Below, one piece after another: positions 23,960-38,027 of a stretch of DNA of 64,000 nucleotides. This DNA comes from Octopus vulgaris (taxonomy: Eukaryota): contig OX597832.1 of assembly GCA_951406725.2 (NCBI GenBank), forward strand, positions 7,130,001-7,194,000, written 5' to 3'. The translations under genes were made by a program, and so were the position numbers. The notes beneath the pieces are model-generated. The model saw nothing but the letters and a program-made list of their open reading frames with translations, did no database searches and was not told where the DNA came from. Position 1 is the stretch's first letter, and every line of letters starts with the position of its first letter.

Positions 23960-26365
23960 TTGCAGGATGACTCCTTTAGCAGTGACTGCAATAACGAGAA
24001 GGGGTCAAGCAAAAGAGCGGCAGAGAGGGGTTGAACAAGGAACAGGTGTGACCCTTCAAAGGACAGTGTTTTCAGTGTCAGGGTTTGCACATGGCGAGAG
24101 ACTGCAAGGAACCCAGGCCTGGAGTAATTTGCTATCGATACAAATAGCTCACATCACTAGTGCATGCGTTTAGTGAAACGGTCTAAGGGAGACTACTGTG
24201 CTAGTAGTCGTCCCGTCAAAAGAACAGAGGCGTGTATACAGTCATTGCCAGTAATAGACGTCGTGGTAAACGGAAAGGTGTCATGAGTCCTCGTGGACTT
24301 GGGCTGCTCAGCAACCCTAATGACTCCGGAGGTGGTGGAAGAATGGAGTGGAGTGAGTCGTGTAAGAACTGTTGAAAGTACGGAAGTTCAATGCAGAGGA
24401 AGTAGCAACGTGGAGATGGTGGTATGAGGAACGAGACTGAGGTTGCGCGTGATCGTGACTGACCATGTGGTGGGTGGAGTCGATGTGGTGGTGATGGGGA
24501 TGGACGCCATTGTCCGTTTGGGAGGTGTCGCGGTTGATGAAGCTGGTGTAGTGTTTGGTGATGCGGGAGTGCTATGCGCTGTGCAACAGGAGAGTGGTGA
24601 AAGCTGCGAAGAAAAATGTGCTGCACACACCATTACAGACAAAGATTTTCAGGCTGTGTTTGATGGCTGGCAGTGGACAAGGAAATGGCTCTGGAAGCAA
24701 GATCCTATGACATTGAAAAACGCAATAGTCTGCTATCAGCATACCCTGAAAGGGGATGCCAGAAGCGAGTTCAAGGGAGAGGTGGAATGGTGGATCAAAG
24801 AAGGTATTCTGATCCATTGGAAGGAGGATGTGGAGAGTGGAGTGCTACCACTGATGGCAGTGATGCAGCCGACGAAGCATAAAGTCAGGCCAGTATTAGA
24901 TTTCTGAGAGATGAACAACCACATATTGTGCCATATGGGTGGTGAAGCTATGGACATTTGCAGCAAAACCTTGAAAGAGTGGAGGCAGATGACAGGGGCA
25001 AAGAGTGGCTGCAGTGTGTCAACTGAGTGACTCGGAGCTGAGGAGATTGCATACCATGCATCATATGGAGGTGCAGAGGACCCTGTTCCTAGCCAGGAAA
25101 GTTGACTCTGACTTAACCAGGCAGAGTGTGCAAAGTTGGGAACTGCGACATTGACCCTGCACCGGGTGTGCATGAGGCAGGAAGCATTCCAGTAGAACAC
25201 AACTGGAAATGACAGGCAGTGGACGTGATGCACTACTGGCAGGGGGCATACCTCTCGATGGTTGACTGTGGACCAGAGCAGATGGCCATATGGAGGGAGA
25301 TGAAGACAGGGACTGCGGAGGGAATCACAAGAATACTAAATGAGATATTCCTAGAATGAGGTTCCATGGACGAGCTGCTTATAGACAATGGCACTGCGTT
25401 TCGCTTGGAGGTGCTGGAGGAAATGCTCGTCAAGTGGCATGTTAGCCATTTCTTCAGGGCAGCATACCAGCCAAGTGGCAATGGGGCTATGGAGAGGTAT
25501 CATCGCACCATCAAGACCATAGCAGAGAGGAGCCACATCTCACTGGTTGAGGCTGTTTTTTGGTATAATATGTCGCCCAGGTTGGACAGGCTGAGAAGTC
25601 AGTGCCACACGGGGCAATATTCAAGTATGAGTGGAGACATCCATATACTGCATAGCCGCAACCCACAGAGGAGAAAGAGCATGCCTTTGTGCAGGTTGGG
25701 GAAGAAGTCTGGGTTAAACCCCCAAATGCGCGGTGCACCTCAGAGTGGGGAAAGGGGACAATAACCTCTAAATTTGAGGAACAATGTGTCTGTAGATGGC
25801 ATGCCATATCATGTTTTGGATGTGCTCAGGATCATCACTGTGGCAGAGGATGACGCCAACAGTAATGGATAAGTGGACAAAGCTGGCAGCAACATGCCAG
25901 GAACTGAAGCCAGTTCTAAGGTAGAGGGTGCGGTGCCCTCCTCACTGGTTGGCTGATCATGAGACAAGTTAAGGCATGTGGTCAAGGTTGAGAAGAGGGT
26001 GTGGGCTGGCTGGTTGAATGATCTTCAGATCAGTGGGGCATGTGGTGTTATGAGCAAGGCTGTGTTGTAGGGAAGGACTGGAAGTGAGGGAACAGGCATG
26101 TCCTGTCAGGAGTGGGGCCTGTGGGTCTCACCAGAAGGATCGCGGTGAGTATGTGGAGTCAGCTAGGTGCGAACAGTGGTTGGTGGTGGACAGAGCATGA
26201 GAGCAGGTGTGTTAGATGGTACAGTAATAGACAGTACACATGGATGCTGAGTGAATCTTGCAGATCAAGAGCACGTGGACGTTGAGAACCACCTTTTTCT
26301 GGACCGACAGGTAAGACTACCACAATTCTCTCTTTGCTTCCATCTTTTTCCTCCTTCACATCACA
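23960..26365 (+). mobile_element. Gypsy/Ty3 LTR retrotransposon relic (gag knuckle, protease, partial RT, integrase, 3' LTR)
   Basis: CFQCQGLHMARDC knuckle, LVDLGCS protease-like site, KVRPVLDF RT start, and integrase LLIDNGTAF...PSGNGAMERYHRTIK. Many stops; most of RT/RNase H is deleted. Confidence 0.85.
26041..26365 (+). repeat. Putative 3' LTR
   Basis: Begins TGTGGTGT after purine-rich AGTGGGG and ends ACATCACA (inverted termini TG...CA). No 5' LTR is retained. Confidence 0.65.
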
Positions 26366-26762
26366 GTCTGTAAAAAGAGGCTGGGTAGGGGACGACTTTA
26401 AATCATGATGTTAATTACCAGTTAAAGAGGCAAGACACTAAGAAACCTAGGATGTTAATACAGAGAAAATTTTATCTTGGGGCACTACGGGTGATTGTTT
26501 ATAAACAATATTGTTAAGTTGTATAAAAATAAAATCCAAGATTTTCTCAAAAATGATATAACCAAAATAGGTAAAATGTGTGAATATACCAATTTTCAAC
26601 ATTAAAAAGGGAAGATTACATAGAATCAGCTTAATATTCATTCATATATTTAATTAATTAATTATTAGGTAGTTTCTATAAATACTGCTCAGGGCATTTA
26701 CTTATGGAATAACTGGACTTGGTGTTCAACTTAAGATCCTAATTAATTGAATCCCAATTATT

Positions 26763-26795
<33 letters not shown>

Positions 26796-26880
26796 TATAT
26801 ATATATATATATATATATTTTATATATATAAGAAAATCTTCTAATTCAACTGAATCTCAATTATTTCTATATATATATTT

Positions 26881-26942
<62 letters not shown>

Positions 26943-27029
26943 TCAGCAAAACATCCCCCATCAAGTGGACGGTGCTGAGTTGTCAAACATTTAAACCAAA
27001 TTTTCTAACAACCACTCCGTGAATTGGGT

Positions 27030-27420
27030 GCTTTTTAGTGCCACCTGCACAGGGCATCCGGCATTGGTCGCGATCGGTTCGAGCTTTTAACGTGCCAGCG
27101 GCACGGGGGCAACTGGGTCCGGGGTACTTTGGGGATCCGGGGTACTTTGGGGATCTGGGGTACTTTGGGGATCCGGGTACTTTGAATGGGTAGGGGGTAT
27201 GTGGAATTGCTGCAGAAAGCAGCCTGGGTCTTTGCAGTCACAGCATATCTCCAGAGATCTCGGTCTTTCGCCATTGCCTCAGTGAGGCCCAATGCTCTGA
27301 GGTCATGCTTGACTACCTCATCCCATGTCTTCCTGGGTCTACCTCTCCCCCTGATACCTTCAACTGTTTGGGAGTGGCACTTCTTCACACATCTCTCTTC
27401 ATCCATCCGCAGCACATGAC
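27030..27420 (-). mobile_element. RTE LINE 3' coding end and UTR, with an 18-bp minisatellite
   Basis: HVLRMDEERCVKK...GRGRPRKTWDEVVKHDL. GGGGTACTTTGGGGATCC occurs about 4 times at 27118-27184. Confidence 0.85.
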
Positions 27421-27426
27421 CATATA

Positions 27427-27458
<32 letters not shown>

Positions 27459-28139
27459 GATATGTATATATATATAGACAGACAGAACAGATTTTATATA
27501 ATAGGTATGCATGTGTGTGTGCATGTTTGTGCTTATACTGCACCACAGCTTGAGAACCTGTGTTGGTTTTTTACATTCCCATAACTTGGCAATTCAGCAA
27601 AAGAAACTGATAGAGTAAGTATCAATCTTCTAAACGAAAAACAATTAAGTGCTTTGGTTGATTTGTTCGACTAAACCCTTTCAAGTCAAATGGCTGAATT
27701 AATTAAGAGAAAGAAGATAAAAGCTTTTGTATCTGGTTTGTAAGATTCTTTATGTGAATTTGTATGTTGCAATGAATTTTGTTGTATCTAGGGAGGGTCA
27801 TTATGCCAATATTAATAACACACACACACTGGTTCAGTTCCACTCCTTTATTAGACAAATGGAAGACTACATTCTCATAAATGAAAAATTACCCATACTA
27901 AATAGGAAATACATGTAGGAGGTAGAGATGCCTCAGTGCCACAGATGCTAACCATGCAGTGTGCATACATAGATGCATTCATGAGAAGGCTGTCAAGTAA
28001 GTAAATAGGTTGGTAGGTAGATAGGTAAGTAGGTTTTTAGGTGGTTGGTTAGGTTAGCTTTGTAGATCGTTAGTTGCTTAGTTAATTATGTAGGGAGGTA
28101 GACAGGTGGGAAGATAGGCAAGTAAATATGTAGGTAGGT

Positions 28140-28572
28140 AGGTAAATGCACATGCACATAAAAATACACACACACACACAAAAAGAGACTGGGACACATG
28201 TTCATACACACACACACATATACACACCATGCACACACATGCATATACGTTACACATGCACACACACTCAAGCATTCTTAAAGCACCCATGCACTGACGC
28301 ACACACACACACCACGTATATGCACGTACACATTCACATATATACAGACAAGGCATGTGCACACCACATGCATACACACACATACATATATAGGTGCACA
28401 TGTATACATAACAGGTACATGTGCATGTATGTGCGTGCACACACACACATACACAAATAGACTCACATGCACAGACACACACAAGCAGAAGTACACATAC
28501 ACACACTCACATACATACACAAACACATGGAAGCATGAATACACAGACACAGAAGCACAAACAGGCAGAAGA

Positions 28573-28615
<43 letters not shown>

Positions 28616-28917
28616 TGCATGCATGCATTCATACATACACACACATATGCAAGCACATACATGCATACATGCATGCATACATACATACATGTATGCATAC
28701 GTACAGACACACACACACATACATACATACATACAAACATACATACATACATACATACATACATACATACATACATAACAAGGTTTCCGACAGACAAACG
28801 TGGTCTTCATAAAGGACCAAGGGATAAGTCACTGAAAGGGATGCATACATACATACATACATACATACATACATACATACATACATACATACATACATGC
28901 AAGCACATGCATACACA
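28140..28917. repeat. Long degenerate (CA)/(TACA) low-complexity tract
   Basis: Read directly from the sequence. Confidence 0.9.
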
Positions 28918-28924
28918 ACTTATC

Positions 28925-29472
28925 AGAAATATGTCCACGGGTGTTAGACGGGTGGCGTTTGAAAAGGTGCTCAGAGTTATTGTTTGTAAGATGGTTGATA
29001 ATTTTATAGGTGTCTGCCAAGTCAGCTGCCAGACGTCGGAGTTTCAATGTGTCCATGCCCAGGGAAGTAAGGCGTTCAGAATATGGCAAATACCTGATGG
29101 AGGGTATTCTTTTGGTTGCACGTCGCTGAACGGCTTCCAGACGATTGATATCCTGGGCAAGATAGGGGTTCCAGACTGGTGATGCAAATTCCAGGTGAGG
29201 TCTTACCATAGCTATATAAAGCCACAGATAGATAGTCGGAGAGTGGCTCACAAAGGATTTGGTGAGTGATGCCAAGACACCCTCAGCCTTCTTGACAATT
29301 TTAGCGATGTGTTTTGTCCAACGCAAATCACTGTCAACAATAACACCCAGGTCACGTTCACTTGAAGACTTTTTGAGATTAGTGTTGTGGAGGGAATAGG
29401 TGGACGCTGAGTTTCTCCTCCCAAAATGCATGGTGGTACATTTGTCCACAACCAGCTTGAGTTGCCAGTCCA
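28925..29472 (-). mobile_element. CR1-clade LINE RT C-terminal fragment (open frame)
   Basis: WQLKL..DKC..MHFG, ERDLGVIVD, LY.AMVRPHLEFASPVWNP, LEAVQRRATK and TRGH motifs. Confidence 0.9.
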
Positions 29473-29789
29473 ATAAATTAATTAGTTGGATATTTAACTA
29501 ATTAACTAATAATAAAGGAGTGGAAATGAACCAGTGTGTGTGTTATTAATATTGACATAATCACTCACCTTAGACACAAAAATGATAAGATTCTAGATAA
29601 ATAAGTCTGTTCTATAATAACAGTTATCATAATACATAAGCTATCCTTTTCTTATTTGTTAGAAGGGAATTTGAATTAGGATTCGTAAACAAATTTTTTA
29701 TTTCATTTTTAAGCTGGTCACCAGGCAATGCTCTATCATCTATTTCTGTACATGTTTATATATTCTCATACACCTACACATATATAGAG

Positions 29790-30070
29790 TGTAAGTGCCC
29801 TGAGAGAAAAGTTGGATGTAAGAAGCATAAGTTGTGGTGTGCAAGAGAGACGACTGCGCTGGTATGGTCATGTGTTGTGTATGGATGAGGACAGCTGTGT
29901 GAAAAAGTGTCCCACCCTAGCACTAGAGGGAACCTGTGAAAGAGGTAGACCCAGGGTGACCTGGGTTGAGGTGGTGAAGCATGATCTTTGAATGTTGAGC
30001 CTCACTGAGGTGATGAAAAGTGACTGAGACCTTTGGAGATATGATGTGCTTGAGAAGACCCGGCAAGCCA
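29790..30070 (+). mobile_element. RTE LINE 3' coding fragment
   Basis: RRLRWYGHVLCMDEDSCVKK...RGRPRVTW. Confidence 0.8.
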
Positions 30071-30366
30071 TTTCTCATCACAAGTAATGATTTGATGCAA
30101 AAATGGTCTGTTTCCAGTTGAGAAAGCAATAAGGAGCACACTTCAAAGCATCTATTTTTTCGAATCTTGTTCAGTTGAATCTCTCCAACATTGTCCACTA
30201 ATACAGCAAGTTTAAGCTCTTCTTAAAAAAAAGGAGGCATAAAAATTGTCAAATTAGCTTCAACATCCTGTGTGTGTGTGTGTGTGTGTGTAGTCATGAT
30301 GGGTATACTGGGCTTTGTATATTTTATCCCAGTGTCACTTTGATAGCATGCACTGCTCTCTCACTC

Positions 30367-30663
<297 letters not shown>

Positions 30664-30748
30664 TATATATATATATATAATCGTTTTTTTTAGAAAAACA
30701 TAAATCCAGAGAAGAAGCACATTCTAAAAAGAAAAGCAGTCTATATTA

Positions 30749-31395
30749 ATTACTGGTGAAGACTGGTTTGTAGCGTTACCCTGGGTTTCTCACCATAAGG
30801 GGTACCTTTATGGTGTACCTTCAGACCCTAAGACCTGATAGCTTATGACCTCTTTGAAATATAGAGGGAGAAATGATACAGATATAAACAGTGGTAATTA
30901 TGTCCCCTTGGAACTGGTTATCAGTTTTTGGCTGTGTTGTCCTCCTTCAGTCACACCACCTGTCGGCTATGAGGGTAAAAGGTAGGGGGTTATCCCTTAT
31001 TCTCATCAGCAATCAACTTCCAGCTGTGGTGCAATTATCGCTAATAGGCGCTATTATCGCTATTATGTTGTTTCTTGTTAGCGTTTTGGGGACCACATAA
31101 TAGTGATAATTATACCACAGCTGGAAATTGGTTGCTGATGAGAGTAGGGGATAACCCCCTATCTTTTACCCTCATAGGTGACAGGTGGCGTGACTGAAGG
31201 AAGACGACACAGCTGGAAACTGATGACCAGCTCCAGGAGGCGATAAGTCCCACTGTTTATATCAGTATCATTTCCCCCGCCATATTTTAAAAAGGCCATA
31301 GGCCATCAGGTCTTAGGGTCTGAAGATACACCATAAAAGTACTCTTTATGATGAGAAACCCAGGGTAACCCTATAAACCGGCCTTCACCAGTAAT
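30749..31395. mobile_element. ~645 bp fold-back element with terminal hammerheads (same family as the Penelope pLTR at 16820-16900)
   Basis: Arms at about 30749-31068 and 31095-31395 are diverged reverse complements. Confidence 0.82.
31315..31372 (+). ncRNA. Type I hammerhead ribozyme
   Basis: agggt CTGAAGA tacaccataaa-agtactc-tttatgatga GAAA cc-cag-gg TA accct, with a perfect 5-bp stem I and a GUA site. The mirror copy at 30772-30829(-) has CTGAAGG. Confidence 0.78.
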
Positions 31396-31634
31396 ATATA
31401 TATATACATATATACTTATATATATACATGTATGTGTGTGTGTGTGGACACAGGTTGTGTGTCATTAACCAGCTGGAAAAGACGTTTTTCCTGCGGTTAA
31501 AATGTAGTAACATAATTCTTTATAGAACAGCCATGTTATAGTGGCAAAAAAAACGTTACTGTCTATTATTGGTACTACTTATATCTCATTTAGAGATTTT
31601 TAGTACTAGCTACATTGCTCATGTATATATAGAC

Positions 31635-31853
31635 CAGTACTTTTCAAACATTTTACTGGAGTGGAACCCCAAGGAAACATTCCACTGGCTCGAGGAACCC
31701 CTGTGCAATAATTTAATAGTTTTATGCACACATATCTGCACAGGAGAATTAAAAATTACTGCCGATTTTAGCAGTTTTGTAACTTCTTGCGGAACCCCTG
31801 GACTGTACTGGCGGAACCCTAAGGTTCCGCGGAACCCTGGTTGAAAACCACTG
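31635..31853. mobile_element. Non-autonomous hAT MITE
   Basis: CAGT..TTTTCAA / TTGAAAACCACTG termini with an 8-bp TSD, ATATAGAC (31627-31634 and 31854-31861). Confidence 0.85.
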
Positions 31854-31870
31854 ATATAGACAAACATAGA

Positions 31871-31914
<44 letters not shown>

Positions 31915-32154
31915 TATATGTTTATATACACACACACACACACACACACATTTTTTATATAAATAATAATGAGTATGATGAAATAGCATTTCAGAAATTT
32001 CAATTTACATTTTGATTTAAATATCGACCAACATATGTTTCCACTACATTAGTTAGTAAGTGTTGCAGTTGCAACTCTGCTATAATACCGGTTTGGTTTC
32101 ATCAAGGTCTTCACTGTAATATCCCTTTAGATTGAACTGATTTGAGTTTTATGT

Positions 32155-32314
32155 TAATTTTAGTATTGTGTTAAATGAAGTAGTGTTGAACATTAATTCC
32201 GACGTAAAGTTTATTTTGAATTCCAAGTATTGATTGGATAATCACTTGTTTACTTCATAGAGTCAGATATTTCAAAATATTTTGTTTGATGTAATATATT
32301 ATGGTTGTTTTATT

Positions 32315-32357
<43 letters not shown>

Positions 32358-32592
32358 TATTTAAAGCAGCAGAAAATTCAACAAAACCTGTTACTCTGAG
32401 TTTCATGTTCCCGTTCGTCGGACAGTTTTTGCTAATTTTAGTATTGTGTTAAATGAAGTGGCGTTGAACATTAATTCCGACGTAAACTTTATTTTGAATT
32501 CCAAGTATTGATTGGATAATCACTTGTTTACTTCATAGAGTCAGATATTTCAAAATATTTTGTTTGATGTAATATATTATGGTTGTTTTATT

Positions 32593-32649
<57 letters not shown>

Positions 32650-32990
32650 TATTTAAAGCAACAGAAAATTCAACAAAACCTGTTACTCTGAGTTTCACGT
32701 TCCCATTCGTCGGACAGTTTTTGCTAATTTTAGTATTGTGTTAAATGAAGTGGCGTTGAACATTAATTCCGACATAAACTTTATTTTGAATTCCAAGTAT
32801 TGATTGGATAATCACTTGTTTACTTCATAGAGTCAGATATTTCAAAAACTGTCCGACGAACGGGAACGTGAAACTCAGAGTAACAGGTTTTGTTGAATTT
32901 TCTGCTGCTTTAAATAAAGCATATTACTCTACCACTGGTATTTGAGTACTCCTTTTTCCACCTTGTTTCACATTTATGTGTTTACTCCGG
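32155..32990. repeat. ~2.4 tandem units (278-292 bp) plus an inverted copy of a hammerhead-like module
   Basis: Units start at 32155, 32433 and 32725. The module CTGTCCGACGAACGGGAACGTGAAACTCAGAG lies on - in units 1-2 and on + at 32849-32880. Confidence 0.85.
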
Positions 32991-33215
32991 TATATATATC
33001 TTATATACATCTGTATTGACTTTTCTCATTGTTGATGCCATTCTCTATATAGGTGCAAATGTAATTCTTTCCCAAATAAATAGTACTTCATATTTCAGGT
33101 GAAGCTATAGGATGTTATTCAGCACTCAACTATGAGTCCACTGCATCTTATAGCAGAAATGTCTGTAACCTAATGAAGTTCATACGATAATCATTTTTCC
33201 CTTTGTCATCTCTCT

Positions 33216-33313
<98 letters not shown>

Positions 33314-33329
33314 ACTATACAGTATAGTA

Positions 33330-34533
33330 GGGTCAGTTGGGCACCATCTGTGAGAAAAACAGCACCTTGCATTCATTCTGCCAGAAATTTGGAAACGACA
33401 TGTACTGCTTAGAATTCCTGCTGGAAGCTCCAATACGAACATTTCAGAGTATTTGAGTGCCGATCTGAGGACAGTGCAGAGGATTCAGAAAGAGTTGGAC
33501 GAGTCTAATAGTGATTACAAAGGTATAGCAGCTTGGAAAACTCACTCTGATCATTCTCATAAGAAAAGAATTCCTGAATTTATTGGTAAGATCCAGGCGA
33601 TGATTGACAATAATTCCTCCAAGTCAATCAGGTCCATTGACAGGGATATGGGAGTGCCTGAGTTTCTTGCTAGGCAGGTAGAGTATGAAGACATTTGGTA
33701 TTCCTCATACAAGATGAGAAAGGGCCAATCTTTCTCCCAAGCTACCAAGGATAAGAGGAAAGACCGTGCTATGAAGCTTTTGAACAAACTCAAGCATCTC
33801 CTCCAACCGAACATGCTTTGGTTTTTCTCAGATGAGAAAAATTTCTGCCAGGATCAGACGGTGAACACACAGAACAATATTTGGCTTGCTGTGTCTCCAA
33901 AACATGTATCGAGAGTGATAAAAATCAAACATCCAGGCAACATCATGGTATTTGGAGTGACCACCACTGATGGTAATGTTATGCCTCCATTCATCTTCTC
34001 ACATGGCCTCAGACTCAACACAGAGGCCTACATCAAATGCCTGGAAGAGGTAGTGCTGCCCTAGGTCAAGAGGGTGGTTGCTGGAAGATCCTATGACTGG
34101 CAACAGAATTCTGCACCATGCCATACAAGCAGGAGAACCTAGTCATGGTTGTCAGACAATTTCTGTGACCACATCATCCCAAACACCTGGCCACATAACT
34201 CCCCAGACTGCAACCCTCTTGATTATTATGTGTGGGACACAGGTGAGTGAGATACCAATAAAACTCCTTGTAACACCAAAGATGAACTAAAGGCAAGGAT
34301 TATGGCAGCATTCACCAACTTAAACAAGGAGACCATCCAGAAGAGTTATAGAAGATTCTGAAATCGTTTGGAGGCTGTGGTTGAAGCTAATTGTGATTTT
34401 ATTAAATAAATTTACTCTTTAGTATTTCAAGATATTTTTATGTAAATTTGGTAAATATATCTGTTAAAATGAGATGTCAGTGGTATTTTCATTTTTGTGT
34501 AATTTAGACGACAATTTATTCACTGCACCATGT
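33330..34533 (+). mobile_element. DD37D (maT-type) Tc1/mariner transposon relic
   Basis: FFSDEKNF and WQQ(D>N)SAPCH...WPHNSPDCNPLDY with 37-residue spacing. Several stops. Confidence 0.85.
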
Positions 34534-35345
34534 ATATATATATATGTGTGTATATTTCTCTTTCTCAATTTTTTCCTTTCTCATCCTTTTCTGTTGAAGA
34601 GTATAGGCTTGAACCATCAAAGACTTTTTCCATTTTTACCAAACCTCAAACTAATGCACTCGTTTGTTATTCCTTCACCTATCTCTGTTTTTTGTTTTCT
34701 ATACACACACACACACCCACATATATATTATGTATGTATGTATGTGTGTGTGTGTGTGATGAGCTTTTTTCACTTTCTGCCTGCCAAATAATCCACTCAA
34801 GGCTTTGGTTGGTCTGGAGCTAAAGGAGAACTCACTTGCCCCAGGTGCCATGCAGTGGAACTGATCCACAACTGTGTGGTTGAGAAGGAAACCTCTTACC
34901 ACATGGCCATGTCTTTATGAGAAAAAAGTTAATTGTTTATTTTTAATCATTGATTCCATTAGCTCTAGGCCAGTATTTTGTGAGGGAAAATTATAGTCTT
35001 TTGAATTACCAGCACTATATTATTGATACTTATGTTATTAATCCCAGAAGGATGGAAGTCAGTTAGCCCTGACTGCATTTAAGGTAGGAACATTTAGAGA
35101 TGAAACTAAATATGGAATGAAATCTAATAGAAAATTAATATCCAACACCTGATTAAACTAAAGAATTTAATCCATGTTTTTTTTTCCGTGTAAGGAAGGC
35201 ATGAAGATAATTATGTAACTGCATCTGATTTTCTATATAAATATTTTGTTTTCTTATTTTCATGAGCTCTTTTTTTTAAAAAACACACATATATGTTTAT
35301 GTATCTTTTATTTACATATACTGTATGACTCCTTGGTTTTTGAAG

Positions 35346-35513
35346 CTGTAAGATGTGAAAACTGTGGAAGTTTTAGTGAAAATCTAATGACATGTAGCCA
35401 GTGCAAAATTGCAAAATATTGCTCAAAACCTTGTCAAATATCTGCAAGGCAACTTCACAAAAAATTCTGTAAATCTCCTAACAGTTTAAATACCTCACTT
35501 TCAAGAAGTCAAG
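35346..35513 (+). CDS. Triple-MYND protein, coding exon 2 (MYND3)
   Basis: Acceptor tttttgaag|CT (phase 1), CENCGSFSENLMTCSQCKIAKYCSKPCQISARQLHKKFC, donor G|gtaagt (phase 1). Confidence 0.85.
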
Positions 35514-35531
35514 GTAAGTTCTATACTTTAA

Positions 35532-35751
35532 CCCTTTCATTGCTGTATTTATTTTGAGATGTTCTGTGTTTCTTTCAATCATTTTAAATGTAAGAAAGAA
35601 TTTAGTAAAACAATTTAGTTATCATTCAGCTAGTGTTAGAAACATAAATTGTGACTAAGGTTTGGTGGAAGATTTTAATTCAAAACTTATGAAAACAAGA
35701 TATTTTACCACAGAGCCAGAGCTGGTTTTGGCCAGGTTAGTAACAAAAGGG
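35532..35751. mobile_element. piggyBac-like MITE
   Basis: TTAA|CCCTTT...AAAGGG|TTAA. Confidence 0.65.
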
Positions 35752-38027
35752 TTAAAATACTGTTGGAATAAACAACATATTTTAAAAACTGAATATCTTA
35801 AATTTATTAATTTATCATGTAGGCTCAAAGTCGCTAATTTGTAAGGGAATGTCATAATAAATTGAATCTCTCACAGTATATTACTGGTATTTAGTTGATT
35901 GATCCAAGATGAATGAAAGGCAGGTTTATCACAAGTTGTATTTGAGTTCAGAACACATGGACGGAACTAAATATGGAAGGACATTTATTCCAGCTTTCTG
36001 CTAATTCTCTCACTTCACCCTTCATACTGAATACTAAATAGATACTAGTAGATTATTATTCATCATCATCATTTAACATCTAACGTCTATTTTTCGTGCT
36101 GGCATGGGTTGGACGATTTGACAGGAGCTAGCAAGGCTGGGAGCTATACTAGACTTCATTGTCTGCTTTGGCATGGTTTCTATGGCTGGACGCCCCTCCT
36201 AATGCCAACCACTTTACAAAGTGCACTGAGTGCATTTTATGCTGCACTAGCACTAGTGCTTTTTACTTGGCATCATCACCAACAGGGTCACCAATCTTTA
36301 GCTTAACATTATTTTTTATATGTTGCCATGGGTTAACTGAGTCTTGATCTTCTGAGGCCAAATTAATTCCCAATTATTCTTTCATCATTCATTAACCACT
36401 ATATATATCTACAATGACATATTGATCTCTCTAACATATATCTGCCAATATTTTTTATATTCAAGGTGGTGAGCTGGCAGAAAAGTTAGCATGGTGGGTG
36501 AAATGTTTAGCGGTATTTCATATGCCGCAATGTTCTGAGTTCAAATTCCGCCAAGGTTGACTTTACCTTTCATTCTTTTGGTGTCGATTAAATTAGTACC
36601 AGTTACGCACTAAGGTCGATGTAATCGACTTAATAGATTTGTCTGTCCTTGTTTGTCCCCTCTGTGTTTAGCCCCTTGTGAGTAGTAAAGAAATAGGTAT
36701 TTCGTCTGTCATTACATTCTGAATTCAAATACCGCAGAGGTCGAATTTGCCTTTCATCCTTTCAGGGTCGATAAATTAAGTACTAGTTGCATACTGGGAT
36801 CAATCTAATTGACTGGCTCCCTCCAAAATTTCAGGCCTGTGCTTAGAATAGAAAAGAATATTTTTTATATTCAGTGATATTTGTAAGCTACAAAAATACA
36901 TAAATAATTACTAATATTTGACTTTTAAACTTAGTGGATTTTATTTATTTATTTATTTGTGGAAAAGCAAAAGACCGACACTGTGTATTGGAAGAAATGA
37001 ATGAGGGTCAAACAAAATACTTCGCAATATTTAACTACTAAGATAGGAAGGTTCCAGAATTGCGTTGTGGTATTTCTTCTGATTCAATATCCCAAGTCGA
37101 AATTCTGTTGTGGTCAACTTGGCCTTTCATCCTTTCAGTGTCAATCAGATAAGTACCAGTAATACATCAACTCCAGTCAAGTATGAAAATTGTAGGTCTT
37201 GTGCCAAAATTGCAAAGAAAAAACATTTAACTTCTTCACTATACTTTGCATTTAAATCCTACCAAGATCAACTTTGCTTTCACCCTTCTGAGGCTGATTA
37301 AAATAATGTAACAGCCAAGTGCTTGTGTCTATTTATATTCCTGTAATACATTCTGAATGTGAATGGAATTATGACAAAAAAAAAAAACATTCAATTTTTT
37401 CTTATTCCAGCACTCATCTTAATGAATTCAAGAGATCTTTTTTTAAATACAAAGGGGAAATTGATGATTTTTTCAACAATTATTTTGCCTTTATTTTATC
37501 TAATATAGTTTTTATAAAAGAAAGACAAAAAAAAAAGAAGAAAATAAGAGAAAAAAAAAGAAAGAAGAATCATCAATGCAGCACCAAGTGCTTCAATTGG
37601 TCACACACCACAAGGTTCAATGGAACCTACTGAAGCAAGCTAGCATGCTCACAGCATTACCTTGGGTGATGGCGAGGCTAAGGTATTGGAAAAGCCAAGT
37701 GCTCTCACAGGCATCACCCAACACCTTGGTGAATTGATGAATGATTTCTTTTAACAAGGCAAATGAAATAAAGTATAGTTTAATAAATTTCAGAACATAC
37801 TGATTTATATTTTATTCCTTTTGGAGAAAGATGAAATGTGAGCCAATGTCAGTGGTATTTCAACTTAGAACAGGACATACTTAACAAATTAAAGCAAAAC
37901 ATTTATTTTGACCTTCTGCTGACATTGCCATCTTTATTCTTAAATGTTGATTTCAATAGGTGGTATTTTTACTTGTATGATTATTTTTCTCTGTCATATA
38001 ACCTCAATTACTAAACTTTTATTTCAG

